From contig JBOHWH010000030.1 in assembly GCA_050736695.1 (NCBI GenBank), positions 584-64,583 on the forward strand: a stretch of DNA of 64,000 nt. Reading direction: 5' to 3'. The DNA comes from Candidatus Binataceae bacterium. Its GTDB lineage: Bacteria; Desulfobacterota; Binatia; Binatales; Binataceae. Position numbers and translations under genes: made by a program. Below, one piece after another: positions 1-9,594 of the stretch; the first letter of the stretch is position 1; each line of letters opens with the position of its first letter. The notes beneath the pieces were generated by a model. It was not told where the DNA came from and made no database searches. It saw only the letters and a program-made list of their open reading frames with translations.

Positions 1-481
1 AGCCGTGCGCGCCGGATGCTCGCGCTCCCAAAATCGGATGGCGTGCGCCGCGAATCTTCAGATAGAAGTTGCCCGCGTCGTCGGTTTCGAGCCTGTCCGC
101 CAGATGATAGTAAGCGTTGCGCAGAAACCGCGCGCGATACGCGCCGCCCTTTACCCGCGCGTAGAGGACGTTGTCCGTACCGACCTCCAGCGTCGCCGGA
201 TCGAGCTCCTCGCGCGTGTTGTCGCTCAGCACCGCCAGAAATCCGCCCAACTCGTCGTCTTCGAGCGTGCGCACGACGTACGGCGTGTCCTCGACCGTGA
301 TCGATGCGCGTTCGTCGCCGACTTGCAGAAAATACGAGCCGTCGGGACTTTGCCGGATCGATTGGCTGAACAGCGTCGCGATGCGCGGATTGTCGATCCG
401 CTCTTCGTCGGTGTACCAGTTGCCGTCGCGCCGAAAAGAAATCTTGCCTGACTCGACGGCGTAAAATCCCGCTCGCGGCAT
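1..481 (-). CDS. DUF1285-like protein (partial, runs off window start)
   Basis: Absent from the ORF track because it has no stop in the window. The reverse complement from the ATG at 481-479 reads MPRAGFYAVESGKISFRRDGNWYTDEERIDNPRIATLFSQSIRQSPDGSYFLQVGDERASITVEDTPYVV. This fits the R-DG-W..LF..Y-L..VEDxP pattern of DUF1285. It starts 5 nt after the dtd stop. Confidence 0.5.
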   Translation of the reverse strand, partial: MPRAGFYAVESGKISFRRDGNWYTDEERIDNPRIATLFSQSIRQSPDGSYFLQVGDERASITVEDTPYVVRTLEDDELGGFLAVLSDNTREELDPATLEVGTDNVLYARVKGGAYRARFLRNAYYHLADRLETDDAGNFYLKIRGARHPILGARASGAHG

Positions 482-486
482 CGGAG

Positions 487-942
487 TTACTTGCGGTTGC
501 GGCTGTCCAGGATGATCGTCACCGGACCGTCGTTGACCAGCTCCAGTTCCATCGCGGCGCCGAACTCGCCTGTCTCAACCCTAACACCGCTTGCTCGGAC
601 GAGCGAGAGAAAGTGCTCGTAAAGGCGGCGCGCTTCGTCGGGCGCGGCGGCCCGGATGAACGACGGGCGCCGGCCCGCACTGGTGTCGGCAAGGAGCGTG
701 AATTGCGATACGACCAGAAGCGCTCCGCCGACCGCCGGCGCGTCGAGCGCCAGGTTCATTTTGCCCGCCTCGTCGGCGAACACGCGCATCTTGAGGATCC
801 TGTCGGCGATGAACTGCGCGTCGGCCCCGCTGTCCCCGGCCGCTACGCCGAGCAGAACCACGAAGCCGCGGCCGATTTGGCCAAGGACTATAGCGCCGGC
901 CCGCACTGCTGCGCGGCTGACGCGTTGAACAATCGCGCGCAT
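487..942 (-). CDS. dtd: D-aminoacyl-tRNA deacylase
   Basis: 151 aa with an MRAIVQRV N-terminus and a VVSQFTL motif. Confidence 0.9.
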   Translation of the reverse strand: MRAIVQRVSRAAVRAGAIVLGQIGRGFVVLLGVAAGDSGADAQFIADRILKMRVFADEAGKMNLALDAPAVGGALLVVSQFTLLADTSAGRRPSFIRAAAPDEARRLYEHFLSLVRASGVRVETGEFGAAMELELVNDGPVTIILDSRNRK

Positions 943-1075
943 CGATGCGTCAATATCATGGCAGGACTGAAATCACGCAAGCCTACGGCATCAAACCTTC
1001 GTGGCAAGATAAGCGGCCCCGCGCACAATCCGGTTGTTCGACCCGCCGACCTGTGTGCGATAGGGTGATACGTCG

Positions 1076-1912
1076 ATGATTCCCGTTCTATTTCATTTGG
1101 GTCCGCTGACGGTTTACAGCTACGGCCTGATGATGGCGCTGGGCTTCCTCGCCGCCGATTGGGTGGTGACGCTGGAGTGCCGCCGGCGCGGAATCTCGAC
1201 GGATTACGCGTCGTCCGTGATCGTATGGGCGGCATTAGCCGGGCTCGCGGCGGCGCGCCTGCTCGATATCTTTAACAACTTCCCGACCTACATGGCCGAC
1301 CCCAAGTCGATGATCTTTTCCGGCTCGGGATTCGTCTGGTACGGCGGGATGATCGGAGGGATCGTCGCGGTTTACTTCGTGTCGCGGCGCTACCGGATCT
1401 CGTTTATGCAGACTGCCGACATGTGCGGTCCCGCGCTTGCGATCGGACAAGCGATCGGGCGTCTGGGATGCCTTACGTCCGGCGACGGCGATTGGGGGAT
1501 CCCCTCGACGCTGCCGTGGGCGATGTCTTTTCCCAAGGCGATTGTCGGATGGAACTCCGAGACTGTGCTCAAGCTCGGCCCGGGCGGAACTCTGGTCTCG
1601 GGATTTTTTCCCGGCGTGCGAGTGCATCCGACACCGATCTACGAGGCGATCCTTTACCTCGGCGTATTCCTGATCCTCTGGAATCTGCGCAAGAAGGGCA
1701 TTGCCGACGGCCGTTTATTCTGCCTGTACCTGCTCCTAGCCGGGGCTGCGCGGTTCATGGTCGAGTTCCTGCGCGTGAACCCGCGTGTGTTTGCCGGGCT
1801 CAGCGAGGCGCAGCTAATCGCGATCGGGATGGTGATCGTCGGTGGGATTGGATGGCTGTTCTTGGGTGAAAAGCACGCGGACGCCGCAGCCAAGGAGGCC
1901 GCGCGTGCCTGA
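1076..1912 (+). CDS. lgt: Prolipoprotein diacylglyceryl transferase
   Basis: 278 aa polytopic membrane protein with YGLMMALGF, GRLGC and HPTPIYE motifs typical of Lgt. Confidence 0.9.
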   Translation: MIPVLFHLGPLTVYSYGLMMALGFLAADWVVTLECRRRGISTDYASSVIVWAALAGLAAARLLDIFNNFPTYMADPKSMIFSGSGFVWYGGMIGGIVAVYFVSRRYRISFMQTADMCGPALAIGQAIGRLGCLTSGDGDWGIPSTLPWAMSFPKAIVGWNSETVLKLGPGGTLVSGFFPGVRVHPTPIYEAILYLGVFLILWNLRKKGIADGRLFCLYLLLAGAARFMVEFLRVNPRVFAGLSEAQLIAIGMVIVGGIGWLFLGEKHADAAAKEAARA

Positions 1913-1939
1913 GCATCGCGCGTCGCGGCGCGCATTGCC

Positions 1940-2539
1940 ATGAATCGGCGGCTGTTACAGATAATCGCGATCGTCGCGGTGGTTGCAGGTGTGGCGATGA
2001 TTGTTGCGAGCAACCTGCGACGCCGCGACTACAGTATTGGCGATTCGATCGCGCAGCATCAGCAAGAACAAGACCGCCAGCAGGAACAGAAGGTCGTTCC
2101 CGCCGGCGAAAAAGCCGCCGACTTCAAGCTCGAAAGGCTCGACGGCACCACGCTTTCACTCGACCAACTGCGTGGCAAGGTCGTGTTCCTCAACGTGTGG
2201 GCCACCTGGTGCGGCCCGTGCCGCGAGGAAATGCCCTCGATGCAGACGCTGTATGAGCAAATGAAGGGCAACAAAGATTTCGTGATGCTGGCGGTCAGCC
2301 AGGACACCAAGGGACGCAGCGTGGTTGCACCCTATATCGAGAAATACGGATATCGCTTCACGATATTGCTCGATCCTGAAAACAAGGTCGGTGAATCCTA
2401 CGAGGTCTCGGGCGTGCCCGAGACTTTCATAATCGATCGCAAGGGCCAGATCGTGGCGCATCATATGGGTGCGTTCGATTGGTCGCGGCCCGACGTAAAG
2501 GATGCGCTCAAAGAGTTGCTGGACTCCAAAGACGGCTAA
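1940..2539 (+). CDS. TlpA/ResA-family thiol:disulfide oxidoreductase
   Basis: N-terminal membrane anchor, a WATWCGPC redox motif and a thioredoxin-fold C-terminus. Confidence 0.85.
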   Translation: MNRRLLQIIAIVAVVAGVAMIVASNLRRRDYSIGDSIAQHQQEQDRQQEQKVVPAGEKAADFKLERLDGTTLSLDQLRGKVVFLNVWATWCGPCREEMPSMQTLYEQMKGNKDFVMLAVSQDTKGRSVVAPYIEKYGYRFTILLDPENKVGESYEVSGVPETFIIDRKGQIVAHHMGAFDWSRPDVKDALKELLDSKDG

Positions 2540-2659
2540 AGCACGACGGTTGGAAACAGGCGGCAGAGCGCGCGTCGCGGCTATCGGGCGATTTTTACCC
2601 TATGCATCGGCGACGCCCTTCTGCTTAAATAATTAAACCCCAATACTCTCGGGTGGTGG

Positions 2660-4078
2660 ATGTCAGTATTCAAGCGAAATCGATGGGCTATCACGCTGGC
2701 GATCTTTTTGATTGCCTGCTTCCTGGGACTCGAAGAGGTCGCGGTGCGGCGCGCGCAGGCGTTGCCGAACGATACCTACCAGCAACTCGAAACCTTCGCC
2801 AATGTTCTTGCAATTGTGCAGAAGAACTACGTCGAGCCGGTCTCAACCAAGCAACTGATTGACGGCGCGATCACCGGGATGCTGGCGTCGCTTGATCCGC
2901 ATAGCGCTTACCTGACCCCGGAGCTGTATCGCGACCTTGAAGTCGAGACTCGCGGCAGCTTTGGCGGATTGGGAATCGAAATCACGATCAAGGACGGCGT
3001 GCTCACCGTGGTTTCGCCGATCGAGGATACTCCGGCCTATCACGCGGGAATCAAGGCCGGCGATCAGATCATCAAGATCAACAGCGACTTCACCAAGGAC
3101 ATGACGCTGACCGAAGCGGTCGAAAAAATGCGTGGACCGCGCGGCAGCAAGATCAAGCTCACGATTCATCGCATTGGCGTGCCGGAGCTTTTCACGGTCT
3201 CGATGGCGCGCGACGTGATCAAGATCCAGTCGGTCAAATTCAAGGATCTTGAAGACGGCTATTCTTACGTGCGGATCACGACCTTCCAGGAAGCGAGTGA
3301 CGACGGCGTCGAGAAAGCGCTCAGTCAATTTCTGAAGGAGCGCCACGGTAAAATCAAAGGCTTGGTCCTCGATCTGCGCGACAACCCGGGCGGCCTGCTC
3401 AACCAGGCGGTCAAGGTTTCGGATGAATTTCTCGACGGCGGGATGATCGTCTATACGCAGGGCCGGCTTGAAAATCAGCAGCAGAAGTATTTCTCGCACA
3501 GGAAGAAAGACTTTCAGGATTATCCGATGGTGGTGCTGGTAAACGGCGGCAGCGCGAGCGCCAGCGAAATCGTCGCGGGCGCGTTGCAGGATCAGAAGCG
3601 CGCCGTGATCGTCGGCACCCAGACCTTCGGCAAAGGCTCCGTGCAGACCATCCTTCCGCTCGACGATCAATCCGCGCTGCGGCTGACGACGGCGCGTTAC
3701 TTCACGCCCAACGGCCGCTCGATCCAGGCCGTCGGCATCACGCCCGACGTCGATATCGAACCGCCCAAGCCGACGCTTGCGTCGCTCGAGATCCCGGGCG
3801 CGCAGATCGATCAGGATGAAGAAATTCACGAGCGCGATCTGCCGCATCATTTCAGCAACGGGCAGATTCAGAAGAAGCACAAGAGCAGCACCGAGGCTCA
3901 GCCCGCGCCCGCGCCTGACGGAAATTCGCCGGCGATAATTGGCAAGAACGGCAAACCGGTCAAGGAAAAAGATCTCCAGCTCGAAAAGGCGATCGATATT
4001 CTCAAACACTGGAACACCTTCAAGCTCCAGTTGGCCAAGGGCGACATCCAGCCCGACACCACCGCGAACAACCAGTAA
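2660..4078 (+). CDS. ctpA: S41 carboxy-terminal processing peptidase with PDZ domain
   Basis: Signal anchor, PDZ region (GGLGIEI..VVSPIEDTPA..AGDQIIKIN), and GGSASASEIVAGALQD and TFGKGSVQ motifs. Confidence 0.9.
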   Translation: MSVFKRNRWAITLAIFLIACFLGLEEVAVRRAQALPNDTYQQLETFANVLAIVQKNYVEPVSTKQLIDGAITGMLASLDPHSAYLTPELYRDLEVETRGSFGGLGIEITIKDGVLTVVSPIEDTPAYHAGIKAGDQIIKINSDFTKDMTLTEAVEKMRGPRGSKIKLTIHRIGVPELFTVSMARDVIKIQSVKFKDLEDGYSYVRITTFQEASDDGVEKALSQFLKERHGKIKGLVLDLRDNPGGLLNQAVKVSDEFLDGGMIVYTQGRLENQQQKYFSHRKKDFQDYPMVVLVNGGSASASEIVAGALQDQKRAVIVGTQTFGKGSVQTILPLDDQSALRLTTARYFTPNGRSIQAVGITPDVDIEPPKPTLASLEIPGAQIDQDEEIHERDLPHHFSNGQIQKKHKSSTEAQPAPAPDGNSPAIIGKNGKPVKEKDLQLEKAIDILKHWNTFKLQLAKGDIQPDTTANNQ

Positions 4079-4110
4079 CGCGCTCGCGCTTCACGCCGAT
4101 TTACACGCAG

Positions 4111-4141
4111 GGCCGGCCACCAAGCCGGCTCTGTTTTTTTT
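4111..4141 (+). terminator. Candidate intrinsic terminator after ctpA
   Basis: GCCGGC-caccaa-GCCGGC hairpin (4112-4129) followed by a T-run (4134-4141). Confidence 0.45.
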
Positions 4142-4145
4142 GCTT

Positions 4146-4899
4146 CAGAGCCGTGCGGATTATCGCTGGGCATCGGGGCACGCGCTGGCGGCGCTGGTGA
4201 TCGAGCCGATGATGCAAGGAGCGGCGGGAATGTGGATGCACGATGCCGAGTTTCTGCGCGACGCTCGCGCGCGAGTCCGGCGCTCTGGACATCGCCTGGG
4301 AAGTTGCTACCGGTTTCGGACCCACCGGCACGATGTTCGCGTGCGAGCATGCGGGCTTGGCTCCCGATGTGCTGTGCCTCGGCAAGGGCATCACCGGGGG
4401 ATATATGCCGCTTGCGGCGACGCTCGTGACGGAGAGAGTGTTCGAGGCATTTCTTGGCGAGCCCAGCGAATATCGCGCCTTCTACTACGGTCATACTTAC
4501 ATTGGAAACCCACTGGCTGCGGCGGTCGCGCGCGCGAATCTGGCGCTCTTCCGCGATGAGAAGATTATTGAGCGTATTCAGCCGCGCATCGCGCAAATGA
4601 CTTCGGGGCTGCGTGCACGTTTCTCTGATCTCTCGTATGTCGAAGATATTCGCGAGCAGGGACTGATGGTTGGAATCGAATTGATGGAAGATCCGGCGCG
4701 CAGGATTCCGTTCGCGCCGGAGCGCATGATCCGTCATCGCATAATCATGCGCGCGCGCGAAAAAGGAGTTATCATCCGCCCCCTCGGCGGCGTGATCATC
4801 CTGATGCCGCCGTTGTCGATCGGTGCGGACGAACTGGAGTTCCTGCTCGACACCGTCCGGGACGCGACCCGCGAGATTTTAGAGAACGAGCGCGTCTAG
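4146..4899 (+). pseudogene. bioA: Truncated and frameshifted bioA remnant (adenosylmethionine-8-amino-7-oxononanoate aminotransferase)
   Basis: Only the C-terminal roughly half of BioA is present. Frame 0 reads AALVIEPMMQGAAGMWMHDAEFLRDARA. Frame 1 continues ESGALDIAWEVATGFGPTGTMFACEH..GKGITGGY..HGHTYIGNPLA. The frame switches inside a CG repeat near 4262-4275. The usual ADEV Asp reads W. A terminator lies immediately upstream. Confidence 0.7.
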
Positions 4900-4911
4900 C
4901 GTGGTGAAGCG

Positions 4912-5559
4912 ATGAGACTTAAGTTTCTTATCACCGGAACTGGTACCGGCGTTGGAAAAAGCGCGGTCGGATGCGCGATCGGCTTCGCGCTGCGCGCCCG
5001 CGGGATGCGCGTCGGCGTGATGAAGCCGGCGGAAACCGGATGCGAGGCGGGCGCGGATGCCGGGGCGGGAATTCTGGAGCCGGCGGACGCGCGCGCTCTC
5101 GCGCTCGCATCGGGATGCGATTTGCCACTCGAACTGATTTGCCCGTATCGCTACCGCTCGCCGCTCGCGCCGCCCGATTTCGAGCATATCCTGGATTGTT
5201 TTCGGAAAATCGAGTCCGCGAGTGACGCCGTTCTGGTTGAAGGCGCGGGCGGTCTTGCGGTGCCGATCGTGTGGGGCGTGGACTTTGCGGACTTGGCGGC
5301 GAAGCTCCGCCTGCCTTTGATCGTTGTAGTCGCGAACCGGCTCGGATGCCTCAACGCCGCGATGCTCACCTTTAACTATGCGCAGAGCAAACAGTTAAAG
5401 ATCTCAGGATGGCTGCTCAACGACGTCGAGCCCGCGCTAACCCCCGCGTCGCTAACTAATGCCGCGTCACTTGCGCGGATGACCGAGGTTCCCTGCCTCG
5501 GCACGATGCGCCACAAGGAGCCGCTCGCGAAAACCGTGATCGAAAAGCTTCTCGCATGA
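4912..5559 (+). CDS. bioD: Dethiobiotin synthase
   Basis: 215 aa with an ITGTGTGVGKS P-loop and a VMKPAETG motif. Confidence 0.9.
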   Translation: MRLKFLITGTGTGVGKSAVGCAIGFALRARGMRVGVMKPAETGCEAGADAGAGILEPADARALALASGCDLPLELICPYRYRSPLAPPDFEHILDCFRKIESASDAVLVEGAGGLAVPIVWGVDFADLAAKLRLPLIVVVANRLGCLNAAMLTFNYAQSKQLKISGWLLNDVEPALTPASLTNAASLARMTEVPCLGTMRHKEPLAKTVIEKLLA

Positions 5560-5690
5560 ACGCCATACCGCGCCGACGCGCTCCAGCCGCTGCCGGCCTT
5601 TACGGATGCCCGCCGAATCCAACCTGTTTGGATTGTTTGTGATTGCCGGGCAGCGTATGTTTAGTTTCAAAATGAAACTGAGGTGACGCC

Positions 5691-6479
5691 GTGAGCGAGC
5701 AAAGAAAAGCCGGGGAGATGCGCTGGGAAACAGAAGGCCGAATCTTCAAGATTGTGATCGACAATGTTGCCAAGAGAAATTCTTTCACGCCCGAGATGAT
5801 GCGGCAGCTTTCGGATGCGCTCACCGAATTCGACCGCAGTGACGATTTCTGGGTTGCCGTTTTGTGCGCCGAAGGCGATCACTTTACCGCCGGCCTCGAC
5901 ATGCCGAAGTTTTTTGATCCAGGCGCCGCCGCGAAGCCAGTCCCTGAGAAAAATCTGGATCCTTTCGCCTTGCGGAACCGATCGATCAAGCCAATCGTTA
6001 CTGCCGTTCAAGGCATCACCTATACGGTCGGCATAGAGATGATGTTGGCCGGCGACATCGTAGTGGCGGCTGATACGGCGCGATTCTGCCAGATGGAATC
6101 GCGGCGCGGCATCGCGCCGCTCGGCGGCGCCCACTTTCGCTTTCTAACGCGCACGGGATGGGGCAACGCAATGTATCACCTCATGCTCTGCGATGAGTTC
6201 GGTGCTCAGCGCGCGCGCGAAATCGGGTTGGTTCAGGAGGTTGTGCCTGCTGGAACGCAAATCGATCGCGCGGTCGAAATCGCAAAGTTAATCAGCAAGA
6301 ACGCGCCGCTGGGAATTCGCGCGATGAAGCAAGCCGCCCTCAAATACATCGAAGCCGCCGAACACTCCGCCATCGCCGCGATTGCGGCTGTCAGGGACCG
6401 CGTGATGAACAGCGAAGACGCGAAGGAGGGGATTCGTTCGTTCGTCGAGCGCCGCGAAGCCCGTTTCGAGGGCGAGTAA
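5691..6479 (+). CDS. Enoyl-CoA hydratase/isomerase (crotonase) family protein
   Basis: 262 aa with a crotonase-fold pattern (FTAGLDM, QGITYTVGIEMML). Confidence 0.85.
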   Translation: MSEQRKAGEMRWETEGRIFKIVIDNVAKRNSFTPEMMRQLSDALTEFDRSDDFWVAVLCAEGDHFTAGLDMPKFFDPGAAAKPVPEKNLDPFALRNRSIKPIVTAVQGITYTVGIEMMLAGDIVVAADTARFCQMESRRGIAPLGGAHFRFLTRTGWGNAMYHLMLCDEFGAQRAREIGLVQEVVPAGTQIDRAVEIAKLISKNAPLGIRAMKQAALKYIEAAEHSAIAAIAAVRDRVMNSEDAKEGIRSFVERREARFEGE

Positions 6480-6648
6480 GCGGTATCAATAGCACCGCCG
6501 CGTTGCCGGGTTTGAATCCGGCGTCAAATGGGAGCCATTGGCCGCGATGTTGTGCTGGACGGGGCCGTGCCGGCGTCCGCGAATCTTTCGATTTTGTTTT
6601 GAATCGCTTCCGATCAGGTGCCAAACCTTACGCACGGAGCCGGGCCGA

Positions 6649-7623
6649 TCATTCCTGATGCTGAGCACTCTGCTGTTCGGATTCGGCGTGATGCCTGGCT
6701 TCGAGCCATCGTTCGGCGTCGATCGCCGCCATGCATCCGGTGCCTGCTGCTGTTACCGCCTGGCGATAGACGCGATCCGCAACGTCGCCGGCGGCGAACA
6801 CGCCTTCGATATTGGTGTAGGTCGTTCCGGGCTTGATCTTCAGGTAGCCCAGGTCGTCCATCTCGAGCTGCCCCTTGAAGATTTCGGTGTTCGGCTTATG
6901 CCCGATCGCAATGAAGACGCCTTCGGTTTTGAAATGCGACTTCTGGTGGGTTTTCAGATTCATTAGTGTGACTGCGGTGACGCCGGTCTTTTGCTCGCCG
7001 TGAATCTCTTCGATAACCGAATCCCATACGAATTTGACCTTGGGATTTTTATGCGCGCGATCCTGCATGATCTTCGACGCGCGCAGCTCGTCGCGCCGAT
7101 GCACCATCGAAACCCTGGACGCGAACCGGGTCAGGAAGATCGCTTCCTCGACCGCGGTATCTCCTCCGCCGACCACCACGACTTCCTTGTTCTTGAAGAA
7201 CGCGCCGTCGCAAGTCGCGCACGCGCTCACCCCGTATCCTTTTAACCGCTGCTCGGATTCGATGCCGAGCCATTTCGCGGTTGCGCCGGTCGATACGATA
7301 AGCGTCTCGGTGCGAATCGTCTTGCCTTCGCATTCCAACTCGAACGGGCGCTTGCCCAGACGCACTTCCGATACTTCGCCTTGCAGAAATTTTGTGCCGA
7401 AGCGCTCGGCCTGGCGGCGGAAGACCTCCATCATCTCGGGCCCCTGGATGCCGTTTTCGAAGCCCGGATAATTCTCGACCTCGGTGGTGATCGTGAGCTG
7501 GCCGCCCGGCTCCATCCCTTCGATCACCAGCGGATTCAGATTGGCGCGGGCCGCATAAAGCGCCGCGGTCAATCCGGCAGGTCCGGAACCAAGAATCACG
7601 ACTTTGTAGAGTTCATCCGCCAT
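6649..7623 (-). CDS. trxB: Thioredoxin-disulfide reductase
   Basis: GSGPAG, CATCDG redox centre and GGGDTAVEEA motifs. The start is moved to MADELYKVVILG (ATG at 7623), because the track ORF extends upstream without homology. Confidence 0.9.
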   Translation of the reverse strand: MADELYKVVILGSGPAGLTAALYAARANLNPLVIEGMEPGGQLTITTEVENYPGFENGIQGPEMMEVFRRQAERFGTKFLQGEVSEVRLGKRPFELECEGKTIRTETLIVSTGATAKWLGIESEQRLKGYGVSACATCDGAFFKNKEVVVVGGGDTAVEEAIFLTRFASRVSMVHRRDELRASKIMQDRAHKNPKVKFVWDSVIEEIHGEQKTGVTAVTLMNLKTHQKSHFKTEGVFIAIGHKPNTEIFKGQLEMDDLGYLKIKPGTTYTNIEGVFAAGDVADRVYRQAVTAAGTGCMAAIDAERWLEARHHAESEQQSAQHQE

Positions 7624-7711
7624 CAGATTTTCCCGCAGACTTTTAGGCTCGATGCGTACGAGTTTATTGTATATGCCGAGCCGGTCAACATAAGCTGAGC
7701 GATCCAGAATA

Positions 7712-8290
7712 ATGACGGTAAGGATCATGGCGGACCAGAAGAAAATCCGGCGCCAGCGCGCGCGGCTAACTCATCTCGATGCACGCGGGCGGATCGCGAT
7801 GGTCGATGTCGGCGACAAGCCCGTCACCCGGCGCGAGGCGGTTGCCCGCGGCCAGGTCGGGATGGAGCCCGCCACGCTGGCCGCGATTGTCGGCGGCAGC
7901 CTTAAGAAGGGTGAGGCGCTTGCCGCCGCGCGAGTCGCCGGAATTATGGCGGCCAAGCGTACCCAGGAAATGATCCCTCTTTGTCATCAGATCCCCCTTG
8001 ATCTCGTCGAGATCGAGTTCCGGCCGAACCGCGCCAGATCCGCGCTCGAGATCGAGGCGCGCACCGCGACCAGCGCGCGCACCGGCGTCGAGATGGAAGC
8101 GATGGTCGCGGTCAGCGCCGCGGCGCTCACGATTTACGATATGGCGAAATCGATCGACCGCGCGATGGAGATCGGTACGATTCGGCTGGTCAGCAAGTCC
8201 GGCGGACGCAGCGGCGACTTCCGCCGCGCGAACGAATCACCGTGGCGATCTGAGAATTCGTCGCAGCCGGGCAAACCCGGGTCTAAGTGA
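7712..8290 (+). CDS. moaC: Cyclic pyranopterin monophosphate synthase
   Basis: MVDVGDKP, IPLCHQIPL and GVEMEAM motifs. An alternative start is at 7727. Confidence 0.9.
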   Translation: MTVRIMADQKKIRRQRARLTHLDARGRIAMVDVGDKPVTRREAVARGQVGMEPATLAAIVGGSLKKGEALAAARVAGIMAAKRTQEMIPLCHQIPLDLVEIEFRPNRARSALEIEARTATSARTGVEMEAMVAVSAAALTIYDMAKSIDRAMEIGTIRLVSKSGGRSGDFRRANESPWRSENSSQPGKPGSK

Positions 8291-9534
8291 CTTCCCGGAT
8301 GGGTTCCAATCAAATCGCAGCGGCCGCCGCGAACGCGGTCCTCGAACCCGCCGGACGGATTTTCCTTCGCACCGGGCGCGAGGGTCCGGTGCGCGGCGGC
8401 AACCCGTGGATTTTCTCGCAGGCGATCGCCCGCGTCGAGCCGGCCGGGCTTGCCGCCGGTGCTTTCGTCGAGGTGCGGGATTCCGGCGGCGATCTGCTCG
8501 GGCTGGGCTACTACAATTCCGCGACCACGATCGCGCTACGGATGCTCGCGTGGGGTGAGGCGCCCGCTATCGCGGCGTTGATCGCGCGGCGCATCGACGA
8601 CGCGATCGCCCTGCGTGCGCGATTCATCGGCGACGAAACCGATTCGTACCGGCTCATCAACGGCGACGGCGACGGACTCTCGGGCGTGGTGGTGGATCGC
8701 TATGGCGACGTGCTGGTGCTCCAGCTTCTCACCGCCGGAGCGGACGCGATGCGCGCGGAAATTATCGCCGCACTGGCCGCCAGACTCTCGCCACGCGCGA
8801 TTATCGAGCGCAGCCAGGGGGCGGTGCGCAAGCAGGAAGGACTCGCCGATCGGATCGGAATCGCACTCGGCGCCGAGGTTTCCGAGAGCGTCGCAACGGA
8901 ATGTGGAATAAAGCTCGCCGTCGATCTCGCCCATGGACAGAAGACCGGCGCGTTTCTGGATCAGCGCGAAAATCGAGCGCTCGTCCGCGCGCAATCCTCC
9001 GGTGCGCGGATGCTCGACGCCTGCTGCTACAACGGAGGATTCGCGCTCGCAGCGCTGGCAGGCGGCGCGACCCGCGTCGTAGCGATCGACACGGCGGCGC
9101 GAGCGCTCGCTACGGCCCGAAAAAATCTCGAGCTCAACGGACACTCTTCCGGCGCAGTCGAGCTGATTCACGCCGAGGCCGGCGAGTTCATGGCAAAAAC
9201 CGAAGAGCGTTTCGACGTCGTGGTCCTCGATCCGCCGCCGCTTGCGCGCAGCCGCGCCGATGTGGACCGCGCCGGACGCCTGTACGTCGAGTTGAACGCG
9301 CTTGCGATACGTGTGCTCGCCCCCGGCGGCCGAATCCTGACCTTCAGTTGCTCCGCGCATTTCCGGGGCGAAGAATTTCTGCGCGCGGTCCGGATCGCGC
9401 AGAATAAATCGGGGCGCAAGCTCCGGATGCTCGCGCGGCTCGGTCCCGGCCCTGACCATCCTGTGCTCCTCGGCCACGCCGAGGGCGAGTATCTGACCGG
9501 ATTGCTACTGGCCGATCTGGGCTCCGGCGGATGA
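8287..9534 (+). CDS. RlmI-like SAM-dependent rRNA (cytosine-C5) methyltransferase with PUA-like N-terminus
   Basis: GNPWIFS in the N-terminal domain, CCYNGGFAL in the SAM pocket, and a VVLDPPP motif. Confidence 0.8.
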   Translation: MTSRMGSNQIAAAAANAVLEPAGRIFLRTGREGPVRGGNPWIFSQAIARVEPAGLAAGAFVEVRDSGGDLLGLGYYNSATTIALRMLAWGEAPAIAALIARRIDDAIALRARFIGDETDSYRLINGDGDGLSGVVVDRYGDVLVLQLLTAGADAMRAEIIAALAARLSPRAIIERSQGAVRKQEGLADRIGIALGAEVSESVATECGIKLAVDLAHGQKTGAFLDQRENRALVRAQSSGARMLDACCYNGGFALAALAGGATRVVAIDTAARALATARKNLELNGHSSGAVELIHAEAGEFMAKTEERFDVVVLDPPPLARSRADVDRAGRLYVELNALAIRVLAPGGRILTFSCSAHFRGEEFLRAVRIAQNKSGRKLRMLARLGPGPDHPVLLGHAEGEYLTGLLLADLGSGG

Positions 9535-9594
9535 GGTCGCCGGCCGTTCCCGGCTTGCACACTACGCCGCTTTCCTTGAGTATAGGACGGATTT

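Noticed and set aside
5-464. Three overlapping plus-strand ORFs at the window start.
   Set aside because: The minus strand encodes a DUF1285-like protein with a proper ATG immediately after dtd. The plus-strand translations are Arg/Ser-rich with no motif.
2843-4737. Minus-strand ORFs of 388 aa and 279 aa overlapping ctpA and the bioA remnant.
   Set aside because: They show no recognisable motifs, and the opposite strand encodes well-supported proteins.
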